DNA from: Antedon mediterranea
Taxonomy: Eukaryota; Animalia; Echinodermata
Assembly (NCBI RefSeq): GCF_964355755.1
Contig: NC_092670.1
Coordinates: 8,794,201 to 8,858,200 of the forward strand
Direction of reading: 5' to 3'
DNA length: 64,000 bases
The position numbers were made by a program, and so were the translations under genes. Under the pieces are notes generated by a model. The model did no database searches. It was not told where the DNA came from and saw nothing but the letters and a program-made list of their open reading frames with translations. Positions 27,901 through 42,900 of the stretch are shown in pieces (the stretch's first letter is position 1; each line of letters starts with the position of its first letter).

Positions 27901-30900
27901 ATCTATATCTATAATCAAATAAATTCTGCCTAAAAACACAACATAAATAATATCAAGAAGTGATCAAATATATTAGAAATTCCATCAAAATGCTTGGTCA
28001 ATTGTAGATCATGGAAGGCAATGAATTCTACTACAAATAGAAATGTACATATTGTATGCATGATTTGAAGGAGGGGCATTTATTCGAGAGGGGAATTTTT
28101 TCAAAGTGGAAATAAATACGGTAGTTATTTTTCAACTTATTTCTGTATAAAATCCTATTCCTAGTTTTCGATAGTTTTGAAGGCCTAGTAAATTGTGAAA
28201 CCCTTGCAGTGAAATATATCTATTTGCGTCACAAAACGTTTGGCCTTCCATCGGCCAAATGTCATATTCAAGCTTACACCACCCGTAATGGTCGACTTTT
28301 CCAACCTCCAAGGACACTTTATACAGTTCTGAGGCACAGTACTGTAGGTATGAGAGGAGGAAGAAACAACAAATGCTATATAACTATAAAACCAGGAGTC
28401 AACAACGATTTTGGAAATACTTGTAACTTATGTAAACTGAACATGTAAAAATGGAAAATGAAGATTTTCAACAAATCACTGATGATTATGTCAAACAAAA
28501 ACTAGAACAATTTTACAATTAAATTGTTCACAAATGAAATAAACTCACAATATGGATTATAAAAATAACCATGAAAAAAAAACTACATGAAAAATGTCCT
28601 GCTAAAACTAATATAAATTAACAAATGTTTTAATTGATTCAAATACTACTGTTGTATCTCTAGTCAGACTATACAGCTGTTAATATACAAATACGTGAAA
28701 ATGTGTCTCATTTTATGATAATTAAAAGAAATAGTTTTTAAAAAATGTATTATTTGACTAGCTATATTAAAATTGTCATGTCAACAATTAGGATGATGAA
28801 CACAAAAATTAAAAAGAAAGAAAAGACACCAAAAATGAAAACATGAAATCTTGCGCTAAGAAGACTAGCATCCTAAGTTTGTGCAGCGTTGGATTCAGTG
28901 CGCGTGGTTTTTCGGTTAAGTATACGTGCAACAAATGGCGTAGTGTCTCGACTTACCTATGATAGATTGCAAACCCCCATCTTCATCTATACAAAGTTAC
29001 AACTCATTAAGTAATTGTGATGTAAAGTGTATGATACCATTGAGAAGTGGATAGCTGGTATGGATGGTAATTAGATAGTCCCAATGCATTAACATTTTTA
29101 AAAGGCACCCCTAAGCTATTGAAAAAAACCAATGTTTTTTTATCAACCAATACTACCATTTATAATGGATAATATTTTGTTTAAATACTGTCAGAGTTGG
29201 CTAATTTGAGTTAATTTTTTTTGGTTACATTTTGCAGGAGAGGAAAAAAAATCGCCAGACAAAACAATTTCTTGAAAAGAGGAAAATCAAGTCATCTATA
29301 ACATTAATAGAAGGGTTTTAAACGGTATTAGTTTGTGAAATAATAATAAAAAAGGAAAATCAGCTTTTATGAGACAGACACTGATAAAATGTTAGTGTGG
29401 TCAACCTTTGTCTTACGTTTTTGCAAAGTTAAAAAATAAATAAGAACACCAAACGTCAAAAAAAGCAAGCAATGAAATTTTGTGGCAACCAAACAAGTTG
29501 AGATATTGGAGCTGACGCTGTTTACGTCACGTCTCTACCTTTATCCGGACAAGGTTTATCTGGGCACGCACAAAATAGGCCAGCCTCAATCATACTAACA
29601 TCACTCTCCTGTCTCAACAGTCCATGGGCATAGTTATAGTCAGTCATGGGTACGGGCTGGCACTCTTTACCTGTTTCATCGTCTTTCGCCCGTGTTTCAG
29701 CCGAGTTCTCCATCATGTTTGCTTTCAGATCTACATAACAAAACATTAAAAAAAAGGTTTAAAACTATTCAATATTATTAATATACAGGTGAAATTATTT
29801 CAGACATATAAAAAAATAACATTTAATACAAAAATAAATCTTTCAATCGAGAAATTACAGTTATCATCTCTACCATAAAAATTTTAATAAACTGCAACCG
29901 CAACTTTCAAACTAACATCATTCGTAAATTAGTTGCCACCAACATCTCTAGTTACCACCATCACCATTGCTAGTTACCACCACCATAATTAGTAACCACC
30001 ATTACTGTTAACATCATTGCCACTAGTTACCACAGCATTATGTAACCAATCTCATAAATTCCAAGTTACCACCACCAACATTACCACCACCACCACCACC
30101 ACCAACATCACCACCAACACCACCACCACCACCACCACCACCAGCATCACCACCACCACCACCACCATTAAACTAGTTACAACCAGCACCACATAACTTC
30201 ACATCTATACACTGCAATACAGATTCTATAATTTCCATTTTACAGAAACACAAATACTGCTTCTAGGCTCATGTGAAATCATGTTGGCTGCATATACTCA
30301 CCGTACCATACAGATATAAACCAATAGTTTGGGTTAACTAAAACTCTGAATTGCATGTAAATATATATTAATTTTAATGATGAGCTTATACTCTATAATG
30401 GGCCTATACCTGAAACCATGGTATACAGAATGTGTATTGTAGGACCACAACCACAACTCAAATAAAAAAATAAAAATAAACACACTCATTCAACTTTATA
30501 AACAGAAAAAAATGGATAATAAATTAATGTGTGCTTTAATGCATAATAAAAAGTGTTGATACTGTATTTAGGTATTATTATTAAATAAAATTGAAAAATA
30601 ATACAATTATATTACTTAATTACAGTATATTATTTTATGGAGGTAATGAATTATTAACTATAGCATATATGTATATTTATAAAATTAGTAAATGGTAGAA
30701 AAGCTCCTGTATTAGGTATTTCAGAAAATTATTGAATGCAGTATGTAAAATATAATGATATATATTACAATCACAATGATTGTGATAATTACCATGATCC
30801 TAATCATTATCTTGATTATGGTGACAATGACAAAAACATTAATGTTATGATATGATTATTGAAATGTAATATCAGGGAATAGTGACAATACATTCTTCCC

Positions 30901-33900
30901 TGCTAATAACAATGAAAATGGAAAGATAAAAAAGCATTGATTTTAATGTTGTTGATAATAAATCAACAAAAAACTATTGATGACAATCATGAAGACAACA
31001 ATATTAAAAAAATTATTGTTTAATTGAATATTATGAGTCATGATAATAATGCATGTCATGCTTGAATGATTTTGCCTTGAACTAAAAAAACCCTGCTTTT
31101 GACACAGTTAATATTCCTGACCATTGTTATTGCCATCACAATAATAATCATAATCCATCATCAATATTAATGCTATTTATAATTTGTCCTGTGATTCAGT
31201 AATTATGTTTATGCAACAGTTGTTAAAAAAACATTGTTAGCAAATTCAAAAACCAATCAGTGATTTAAGAAATAGTGAAATACTGTACATGCCAATTAAA
31301 CTCATTTAATGCAAAATATTTTAACCAAAGCAAAATCAATCATAAACATTAAAGAAAGCAAAAGCAAATAAATAATAGTAGTATTAGAAAACCACAGTCA
31401 TGCAAAGTTATTGCAAACTTTTATCCAGAATAAATTGTCTTTCACATTTGTTCTGCCACGGTTCCGGCGACGTCAAATCAAATTGAACGTCAATTTTTCA
31501 TTTTCACTTGGCTACGCCCATACCGATTGCCACATAGCCACATGGAGCGTTGTGTAAAGAAAACATTGGCCTTCGATTTTTTCCGGCGCTGGATCAGAAC
31601 CGTGTTGGAATATTTGTGAAAGACCTTTTTAAGTTAGTTTTAGATTCTATGGTATTAGAGAAATAGCGTCAAAAGATACTTGAAAAGAGAGTGCATACAT
31701 CGTCGTCTTGCTTGTTGATTCACATGCGCGTCAGACACAGGTCGTGCACGAGGTGTTTTTACTTTTTTTGGTTTAGGTGCTTTGATTGCATCTAACCAAA
31801 ACTTTTTTAATTTTCCTGGTGAAAGAAATCACATTCAATATGCAAAATTAAGTTATAAAGCTGAAATACGATGAGAAGGAATATATGAAAAAATTTAATT
31901 TGACACAGTTAATTGGGAAAATGTGTAAAATAAGTTTCGACACAGGATAACATAGACGTAAAATATTCAGATGAGGTGTAATACTGAAAACCTTAGGCCT
32001 GTCTGATAACCATCTAATTCTGAAAACTTTGTACAGTACTAATAAAAAGACAGTATATTAAGCTGGTGGTAGGAGAGGAGGCATCACTTTAAACTTGGAG
32101 CTTGTTCAGTTGGCCATTTCCAACATGTTAGGGCAGAAACTGTGCTATATGAAGTTCAATTCCAATGAATGGCTTTTGAATTTCATTGCATGGAAGAGAA
32201 TACAGTAGTTGTAATGATTATGTTCATGCATTACAACTGTACATGTCTAATGCCTTAACATGTTAGGAAAAAAATAATGCTTAAAATTGATAAAATAAAG
32301 GAATATATTTAGGTCAAAGTCCAGATCCAAAAACACAGGGTAATGTTTGAATGGAAATTAAATTTAATTCAAAAAACATTCCCAGAATATTAACAAGAGT
32401 CTCAACAACAATAAACTTCTGTAATTCTTATCAATTAGAGTTAGACAGCAAAACTAAACTTTATGACTATTACTTTTAAATTTTTAGTAAATACAGTACA
32501 TAATATTAACAGACAAAACTGGACTGAAAGGAGTGCAATGCAATACGTACAATGTACAAATACACAAAAGCAGAGCTACAAACCATGCATAAACAACAAT
32601 CCATGCAAATTTATGAAGATTGTGGGTGATTTCACATGTAAACCATGACTTTCAACCAGCAGAACACACTGCTTTTTATGAACTGTGATTATTTATTTAT
32701 TTGTTAATTGAAAAAACAACTATCGTGTCAAAAGTCGATTAATTATTTAAACATTTGGTTAATAGTGAACTGCATAACATTAACATTAATTAAAAAGAAA
32801 TTTCTTCAAAAAAATTTAAATATTGTTGATAGATTTAATACTACATTAAAAACCCCTATTAAGGGGACATATTCGGGAACAACATTTAATAGGGGTCGCC
32901 CTAGACACAAGAGGTTCTAACATGGAAACCTTTCCTTGCATATCCCCTTTGTCATTTATACAACCAGTATATAATTGTTGAAGAATATTTGTTGTTATTA
33001 TTATTTTAATTTAATAATTATTGATTTTATCACATAAAATCACCAATATTGACCTTTTTGTATCTATACTACTGTATTTGTATGGCTCAAACATCTTGTT
33101 ACAAAAGTGTTCCCCCGTTTTAAAGGAGATAAACCAATAAATATTATTATCATATAACTGAAATGGTATTGGGAGAAACAATTATTTAAACAGAACTATC
33201 ATCAGATATTTTATAGTCATGTTCCACTTCCTATAGTTTCACTGTAAAAATCCACCAGGGCCAATGGGCTGCTGGAAAAATTTACCTAAGAACACTTCTG
33301 ACAACTACTGCTTGTTGACCTAAAATTGACCTAAGAACACTCCTGACAACTGCTGCTTGTTGACCTAAAATTGACCTAAAAACACTCCTGACAACTGCTG
33401 CTTGTTGACCTAAAATTGACCTAAGAACACTCCTGACAACTGCTGCTTGTTGACCTAAAATTGACCTAAAATTGACCTAAGAACACTCCTGACAACTGCT
33501 GCTTGTTGACCTAAAATTGACCTAAAAACACTCCTGACAACTGCTGCTTGTTGACCTAAAATTGACCTAAGAACACTCCTGAAAACTGCTGCTTGTTGAC
33601 CTAAAATTGACCCAAGAACACTCCTGACAACTGCTGCTTGTTGACCTAAAATTGACCTAAGAACACTCCGAACAACTGCTGCTTGTTGACCTAAAATTGA
33701 CCTAAGAACACTCCGGACAACTGCTGCTTGTTGACCTAAAATTTACCTAAGAACACTCCGGACAACTGCTGCTTGTTGACCTAAAATTGACCTAAGAACA
33801 CTCCTGACAACTGGTGCTTGTTGACCTAAAATTGACCAAAGAACACTCCTGACAACTGCTGCTTGTTGACCTAAAATTGACCTAAGAACTCTCCTGACAA

Positions 33901-36900
33901 CTGCTGCTTGTTGACCTAAAATTTACCTAAGAACAATCCTGACAACTGCTGCTTGCTGACCTAAAATTTACCTAAGAACTCTCCTGACAACTGCTGCTTG
34001 TTGACCTAAAATTTACCTAAGAACAATCCTGACAACTGCTGCTTGTTGACCTAAAATTTACCTAAGAACAATCCTGACAACTGCTGCTTGTTGACCTAAA
34101 ATTGACCTAAGAACACTCCTGACAACTGCTGCTTGTTGACCTAAAATTCTACACTCGGGTTGCAAACATTTGAAACGATGGAAAATAATATTAGTAGTAT
34201 CAAGAAATACTACTCAACAATTCCTGTAATTTTTTATATTGAATTGAATACTGACAAATTATACAAAGGCAATTCATATGACATACTCTTCCATTATTGT
34301 TATAGGGGTGCGTCATTCACAATATCATGTTATTTCTATATGGAAACTGTAAATGTTTTTTGTGGTTTTTTATGTTTTTTTTAGTTTTAAATTGACATAA
34401 TGTACAAAATACTCAAAAATGGCTTGTGAATTGCGAGTCATATTTTTTTCAGTTATGACTCACAATATACAGATAAATAATAAATAAAATCAAATTTAAT
34501 ATTTATGAAAGCTCCCTATATACTTCAGTACAGGACAGCTATCTCTATTAGCTGTCATTAGAGGCTTCTAAATGAGGTCACGACATTGTCAGGTGATGTT
34601 AGGTTTTTGGCAGATGCATTTTATGAAATGACATGATCGATAACCAATCTGACTAGGGCCAAGAAACTACTCTCAACAGCCTGTCTTTGGAGTCCGAATG
34701 TAGACATTGAGACTGAAACTAGAAAGCTCAAAATATTTTCAATGCCACATTCAACTTCAGCTGAAAAATAAATATCCTAAACTGTCGACTCATGGAAAAC
34801 CGAAGACGAGTCTCAAAGTTTGCCTTTTCATAACAAATTACAAATTGTTCTGGGTGAGTTGAATTCACTAAATAATTATTTTAGTTTTTTTAATAAGATT
34901 ATTTCTTTACAGATGTCATTTGTCTATATGGTTATATTGTCTACGCTCCAAATACGGGTAAAATTATAAACATATTACAATTAATTCATAATAGTCAAGT
35001 TATATAATATTGGACTAGAGTTTTCAACCAAGCTAATTCCTATCTCAAAGTCTTCCACTCAGTCCGTCTAAATTCAACTCAGCACCCGCACAAGGCACTA
35101 ACTGGATATATGATTGCTTTCTTTTATTCCCCACCCACCCAAAACCCTCAAACGTTCTCTGGCTATACACCCTGAGAAGCCGTACCAAAGAATATTAATT
35201 CCTACCTTTGGAGGCAAGGTCAGCTTTGACAGAGGCATTTGTGACGGGCATAGAAAGGCAAGAGCGAGGCATCAAAATTTCAGCTAGAGCTCCATAATTG
35301 CAACTCTGAGGTAATTGCTTGTAACATCCACAGTGGGCCTAGAAGGATATAAAAAAACAATGTTAGTTCATTTAGTTGTGTAGGCTCACCGAACGTAAGT
35401 CATTTACCCAATCTTAATTTGTTAAAGCCATGTCAAGGTATTTTTTATATATTTATGAAAATTGTATGGATAACCATAAGCGAAATCATTCACTATCCTT
35501 TATAAAGTGGCAATCTAGTTCACAAGACAAACATAAACACAGGATGCTGTACATAAACACAAGAGTGGACTTGTAATTTGTCATATGACAGGACTTGAAC
35601 CCAGGATCCTTGGATTGGTAGCCAAGCATCATAACCACCAAGCCACAACTCCACTCTAAAGTATAAGATCGACAAATCACATCCCAACTTTCTGGCATCC
35701 ATACAATAGCTTAACTCCTTCCTAGGTTGTTGTTTGTTGCTAATTAAAAGCTTCCTGATGACTGTGCCACTGACAATTAACATACAGGTATGGTTAATAA
35801 AAGAGGCATCCATACCATTGTCCAACACCAGCTACACTTCATACTGCTTAAGCATTCAGTCGTTCCACATTTACATTTACACAAAGCACACTTTCCACTT
35901 GGAGGAAGATTGCCTTCACGCCAATGATGCACAAATTTCTTTTCACCCTGTAAAAAAGAAGGAATACAGTAAATACAGTTAAGAGAAAAAAAGCATATTG
36001 TAATTTGTCCACAGAGGACCTTGCATGTTCTGAGGATCGAATTTTGCACGTTCAGAGAGAAACTCTTGCATGTGGCAGGACTGTTGAATAGTAAGGGGAG
36101 ACATCTGCATGTTCAGAGGGACTATTGCCTGTATGGTAAGAGAGACAGATGTATGTACTGTACAGAGGGATTCCTGCATGATGACAAGGACAAGTATTCA
36201 AAGAACCCTTGAATTGTGCGAGGGATGGCTGCATATTTTAGGGATCATTGTACAGTGCGGAGAAAGAAAGCTGTTGATGGCACAGCATGTTCAGATGGTA
36301 ACACTGCAATGACAGCAACCAGTAAACTAAATATTTTCTTTTCTGATGAACTGATAAACCTTTATTGCTCCGTAAAGACAAAACTAACCATTTCTTTGCT
36401 TTCTTCATAGTTTGAACACTTTCGACAATCACTCACTACAAAGTCAAGGCATCCCAGATGTGCGTAGTATTCGCAAACTGAAAAAAAAAACACATGTCAA
36501 TTTCTTTATAGTTGAAAAGCAAAAATGTAAAAAAAATAAATATAAATAGTAGTATTTATAGTTAAATAGTAAAAAACTGGGCTAACTGGTGCCCCAGGGT
36601 CCAACTAATGTGACATCACTATTTCTGGGATCCACCTAGCTGTTTACTATTCACAACAAATCAATTGCTTTATCTCTCCAACTCCGCCCACCTGTAACCT
36701 TTTACTATAGTAGACATATCATCTTAATTAAGGGCTACCAACAATATGAAATAAATATGTTGCCCTCAATCATATCGATTACATTTTAGTTTAAAGATTT
36801 TAAGTCCAAATATATTCAGTGAAAATGAATCAACTGTATAAGTAGCATATATTACTTGTACATTACAATGATCAGTACAGTTTGTGAATACAGTTACCAA

Positions 36901-39900
36901 TACCGTATGTGAACATGTACAATCAGTCTGTGAACATACATTTATCAGTATGTGAACATGTACAATCAGTCTGTGAACATACATTTATCAGTATGTGAAC
37001 ATACAGTATCAGGATGTGAACATACAGTATCAGGATGTGAACATACAGTATCTCAGGATGTGAACATATACAATCAGTCTGTGAACATACATTTATCAGT
37101 ATGTGAACATACAGTATCAGTCTGTGAACATACATTTATCAGTATGTGAACATACAGTATCAGAATGTGAACATACAGTATCAGTATGTGAACATACAGT
37201 ATCAGGATGTGAACATATACAATCAGTATGTGAAAATATAGTTATTAGTATGTTACCATATAGTACCAGTATTTGAATATGTACAATTAGTATGTAAACA
37301 TACAGTATTATGTGAAAATGTGCAATGAGTACAGTATGTCACGAACATACAGTATAATGTGAACATGTACTTACAGTATGTACAGTATACATACAGTATC
37401 AATATAGTCATATCATAGTCATAGTCATATATACTTTATTGTCCATTTAAAAAACAGAAATGTGATTTGAAAACTGGCAAAATACAAAAATATAAAATAC
37501 AATTTACAAAAACACACACAAAAAGTTAAGAGGCTAAAAATTGTTAAAATTAGATAAAAATTATCGGTTACATTTTACCTTTGTACTCTGGAGTTAAATA
37601 AGTGTATAGCATTAGGTACAAACGAGCACCTAAACCGTTTTGTTTTGGTATTAAGTGCATGTAGTCTTATGCCAGAATTCATGAGAGCAAATTGTTTGTG
37701 AAGAGGATGTGTTTCATCATCAATGATACTTTTTACTTTTTTTAACACATTTTCTTTATACAAGGATTCAACATCAGGTAAGTGCTCTCCTACTAGTCTA
37801 ATTGCTCTATTTCCTATTCGATTAAGTTTAATTTTATCTTTTTGCATTGTATTACCATAAAAACAAACATTACAAAAAAGTGTGAACATACAGTCATCAG
37901 TTTGTGAACATATACAATGAATGTGAACATACAGTATTGATATGTGAACATACAGTATATGTACACTATCAGTATGTAAAATTAGTATGTTCAACATACA
38001 GTATCAGTACTGTATGTGAACATAGTATTTATGTGTACAATGTGTACAATCAGTATGTAAATATACTGTACGATATACTGTAAGAGCATTAGAATGTGAA
38101 CATATCCAATCAGTGTATTATCAGTATGTGAACATGTGCAATATTTATTAGTATGTGAACATACAAGTATGTGAATGTACTGTACAACATCATATCGTGA
38201 ACATATGATATTAATGTGAACATACTTTTAACCATTGAATGGAAAAAAATTATCAATACCATTGATATTTTGTAAACCAGAATCAGGAGAAAGTAAGATA
38301 TTACACCGGGTAGCAGGAAATTTCAAAATAAATTACCATTTAAAAATTGTTTCCATACAGTATAGAAAGACCAATTATGGACATTGATTCATTACACAAA
38401 AAAGTGTACACAAAATAAATGACCATTTGATTAAAAATGTCTACTCCAATAACAGTTTATCAATAGAGTTTCCATCATATTCAAATACTACCTACCTATA
38501 TCAATTACTCCCGTTATTATAATTTATCAATAGCATCAATCGAGTGAATACTTATCATAGAGTAATATCAAACAAAAACGTTACCTCTTAAATTAAACTA
38601 CGCTCAACAAGCTTTCTTGTTTATCGTACCTACTCTGATCTTATGTTATTTTTTTATAAATAACTATCATACATTAACTCATCATTTGATATTCATCTCA
38701 ATATAAACAGAAGCTACTCGAGCCGTAGTATATCGACAACAATAGACCAAAGCCAGTTTGATTCAATTTTGCAGAGTTCGCACAGAAAACACTAATTACT
38801 CAGTGTGTACTGTATGCTGCTTGCCTATTAGCTATTCATAGCCGGCTGCGTATCATGTGCACACGTTAAATTACCCACTGCCTATGTGTTCTGTGTACAC
38901 TTATAATTATACTGCCTAGATCAACGAGAAATTGATAATCTTGCCAATGATTGACAGGATCAAAGGTCAAGTGGATGTGACACGACCTTGATTTTGATTT
39001 ATTGAAATTTATATTTGTTTTATTTTTACCTGTGCAATTATTGTTCATTTAAAATTGTGTAAATATTGTTAATCACCAAAACCTGAAACCACGGCATTTC
39101 AACAACAGCAATTTAATCAAGAATTTCTCAATCAATCACAGGTAAACAATATTAAGTAAGTTTTGACTTTGCTGACGATTCCAATTCATTGAAATCATTT
39201 TCTGAAAACATGATATCATAGTAGCGCAATTTCACTGTCCTTTCAACGATGTTATTGATTGATACAGTATAAACAAATTAACAATAAATGAAGAGAAAAC
39301 AATACTTTGGAACTGTTCAGTTTGCAAACCATTCGTACAATTAAATCTTTTAAAATTAACAAAATTTTATTTCTGCATGACATAATCATTCATTTATTCA
39401 ATACAATATCCAAAAAGTGAGTAGCGTATCATCATATGTTTAATGAGTTTGATGATATAAACAGAAAACAAACAGTTGAAAACCATGCAGTCATACAATA
39501 AAATCCATTCAAATTTAACAAAATTCATTCTGTTGCGATTACATTAAAACAAATTTATTCAGTTACAAGGCAATGTTTCAAGAAGAGACTTCTAATAATG
39601 GTGGTAAACCAGTTATCTTTTGCAAAAAGAAAAAAAAAATTGGGGAGGAAAAAAAAAAATTCACGAATTACAATAAAATATTTGCTGTACATTTTTGTTT
39701 TATGCGATTGTGTTTATAATGTCATCAGAATACAGTAATTCTATTTTAAGCCAAGGAATCATTAATTTTATAAAGCGTACTTGGAACATTATATCATTTT
39801 ATAACCAGTCACGTTATTATTAATAATAAAACAACTATATAATATTTAGGATTGAGGGCATGTTTCTAGTTACTAGTAGTATACACTTGGTGTGCATTAT

Positions 39901-42900
39901 AATAATGAGATATAAGAAGAGATATGATGCTATAAGATATTGCTACTACCCAATCTTAATATATAGTATATTTGGCATCTGGGGAATGGCCAAGTCTATT
40001 TTTTCCATGGGTATTTCTACTATACATTTAAACCAAAAAGAAAAGATATTAAAATAAAATGTAGTACTAGTAATAACCTGGGTATCGATTCAATAAATGA
40101 TATTATGTTTATGGTTTTTCGACAATGATTTTTTTATTCATTGTAAAGCAACATAACGTTACAAATGCAAAACATAAATTATTGCATGTTTTAAGGACAT
40201 CATAATTTAGGCTGGACAAGTATGAAATAATAATTGTTAATTATTAAATAAAAACCTAATAAACAGTAGGTTAGCAGTAAATTTTAATAATTTACCATTA
40301 GGATGTAACATTCAAAATTGTGTGTATTTAAAAAAATTTAGATTATATTATATATTATGGGCAGAGGCATGCGGAGAATTATTATATGAGCACACTATAG
40401 GTCTAGCATGTGGCACCAAATTCTCAAACATACCAATAGTGTAACCCCAATCATTAAAATGGGAGAAAATAATGCATGGCATGTGATATAAAATCAACCA
40501 ATCACAAGGATACACTAGGTTAACACAATAAAAGAAATCTGTATTATTTTATACAACTGTATATGCTATGCAATGGTGAGCTCTAAGAATAACATTGAGT
40601 GAATTAAAATAAAAACAGCAATTATCGATTTGCCTGAAATATTTATTATAATCATTATTATTTAATATTATTATTAACTAACCTTCACATCGGAGCAAAA
40701 CACCATCATCAAATTTCCGTCGACATACATTGCAGAATTTTTTTCGTGCCTGTACAGGATCACTCCAAGTATGTGGTACAGGTTCCTACGGATAAAAAAA
40801 ATGGTTGTGTTAGTTATACTAATCATTAACCATGTTTACCAGTGATATACTAAACAAACAATTATATAGGAATCACTCAACAGAACACGGTCTCAATGTG
40901 TTTTGTTCAATAAAATAGGGACAGTGTTAGCAGATGGGTCTCGGTACTAAAGTAGAACTACTCCCTTTATTTAGAGGGCACTTCTACTAAGTTCACACTT
41001 TCTATAACACAATGGAAAATCCCAATTCTGGTGTAAATCCATTTAAGAGACACTTTGTTGGGTCCTGATGGAAGTATTGTAAAAATTGTAGTACCTTTTA
41101 CGGTTTAATCAAGGTAATCTAACAACAGAGCTCGCCTTGCCAAGATAGGAACTTGATGTCTGGCTGCGACAAATACCAACAGTACTGTACTTATGTACAT
41201 ATTCTCTGCAGCGCGCAGTGTCTGTTAAGGGGTGTAGCTACAGTTAAATTCTTTGAACTCCGGAGCTCTGCATCTCTGTTGTTACATTGCATGCCTTGGT
41301 TTAACCATGCTTTTACAAAGCCTCCCAACATTAAATTTGCCCAAGTTGAACTCTGCTGTTGATAGATCACCAACAATATTGAGACAACATCGTTTGGGGG
41401 AACGGTGGGATGTTACGGTGAAAGTTGATTCTTTTTAGGTAAAATAAAGTTTAGATTTGTCTTTTTCTGTTAATAAGTTTATTAATATGGATGATATTTC
41501 CGAAATAAAAAGAAATTGAAATTGAAATTGAAAATGGGTTATTAAATAAGGGTGCACCCCAATATTTGTAAACTCCTGCGGTTGCTATTGCAATGTTAAA
41601 AGGATAATTAACTAAATAGACTAATTCCATACATGGAGTACTTACCTTTATTCTATCCGATGCAACACTAGAACATGGAGTTACTATATTATATAGACAT
41701 CTTTCATGACTTACAAAGTTACAAACTAAAGACAAAGAAAAAAGATGTTCAAATGTTAAGATGGTGTTTTTCAGATAAAACCAAAAAGACATTCTTTTTA
41801 CAAATAATTAACTCTTGAAAAACTTTTTTGACAGAGTAGAAACGGAAAAAAAAAGCCAGAAAGTCAAATGCTGAAAATGTGCTTAAGAAGAATTTCAAGT
41901 AAATGGTATTTTTAGCTTAAGTGAGAAAGTGATTAACTGTTCTATTTTGAATGTTGCCATCTATAAAATTTATTTTGTTATACAGTATTCATTAATTTTA
42001 TTGAGTATATTTTTCTCCACGTTTTTCTTAATAGTCAAGTATGATTTTTCTTTATAATTGCAGTGTCTTCAAGTATAATTATCATTTTAAATATATATTT
42101 TTATACATATTGTCATTATAAATCTCACTAATAGGTTATACATACTGACTGTTTATATCCTTATTTTTAGTATGTTTACTATATGTCAGTAAACATAAAT
42201 CTAATTCTCGTTTTACATTTTCTTGAAACATTTAATTTCATTTCCAATTTTTAAATACATGTTTAGAGTGTAATGCAATGTATGTTCTCTGATAAAATAC
42301 AGGTACTTCATATTTCAGTATACAGCAGATGTAAGCCTAGGGCAAGGGTATTTAAAAACATGCCATTGACATTTGATATTAACATAACATGAACATTCAT
42401 TAGATTGGAGAAAATCAGTATCTGGTAAAATCCATTGCTTAGAAAAAAGGAACATACTGTATGTAATTTCATTTGATGATAATGATATCTGTATAATATA
42501 ATAGAACTAAGCCAAAATTTGTTCCTCTATCTCCTCTTAAACCAGAAGTCCGATATTAACGCCCTTCGAGCTGGGGCACCTTTAAATACTCCTTTATGCA
42601 TTAGATTTATTAGAAAGGAAAATTTGTACGAAAAAAATGTTTTTTAGGCCAATTTCTTCGCAATTGCCGAATCTTGCGATCGGTAATCCTCGGCCATTTT
42701 TATACGTCACAATTTGGTCACTCAAGTCATTAGCATGCAGAGCACATGTGTGATGATCGCAGTATAATACACCATTTCAAATGAATCTCACAGCCGGTAT
42801 ACTGTATACTTGCTCATGTTTCTACCTCATGCTCAACATAAGATTAAGCACCTTTTTTTCCAAACACCAAATGTAGCGACAACACTAGGCTAGGTTGATT

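Noticed and set aside
33283-34149. Regular 45-bp array as a CRISPR array or coding repeat exon
   Set aside because: No unique spacers and the context is eukaryotic. The one minus-strand frame open in the consensus is broken by TAA variants and an 11-bp insertion.
35583-35653. Functional tRNA gene (also 11241-11312, 18372-18420 and 55574-55640)
   Set aside because: A and/or B boxes are present, but the acceptor and anticodon stems do not pair properly; SINE- or TE-derived.
36766-37149. ORFs with YVHIL/CEHTVS repeats
   Set aside because: Translations of the GTGAACATAC minisatellite.
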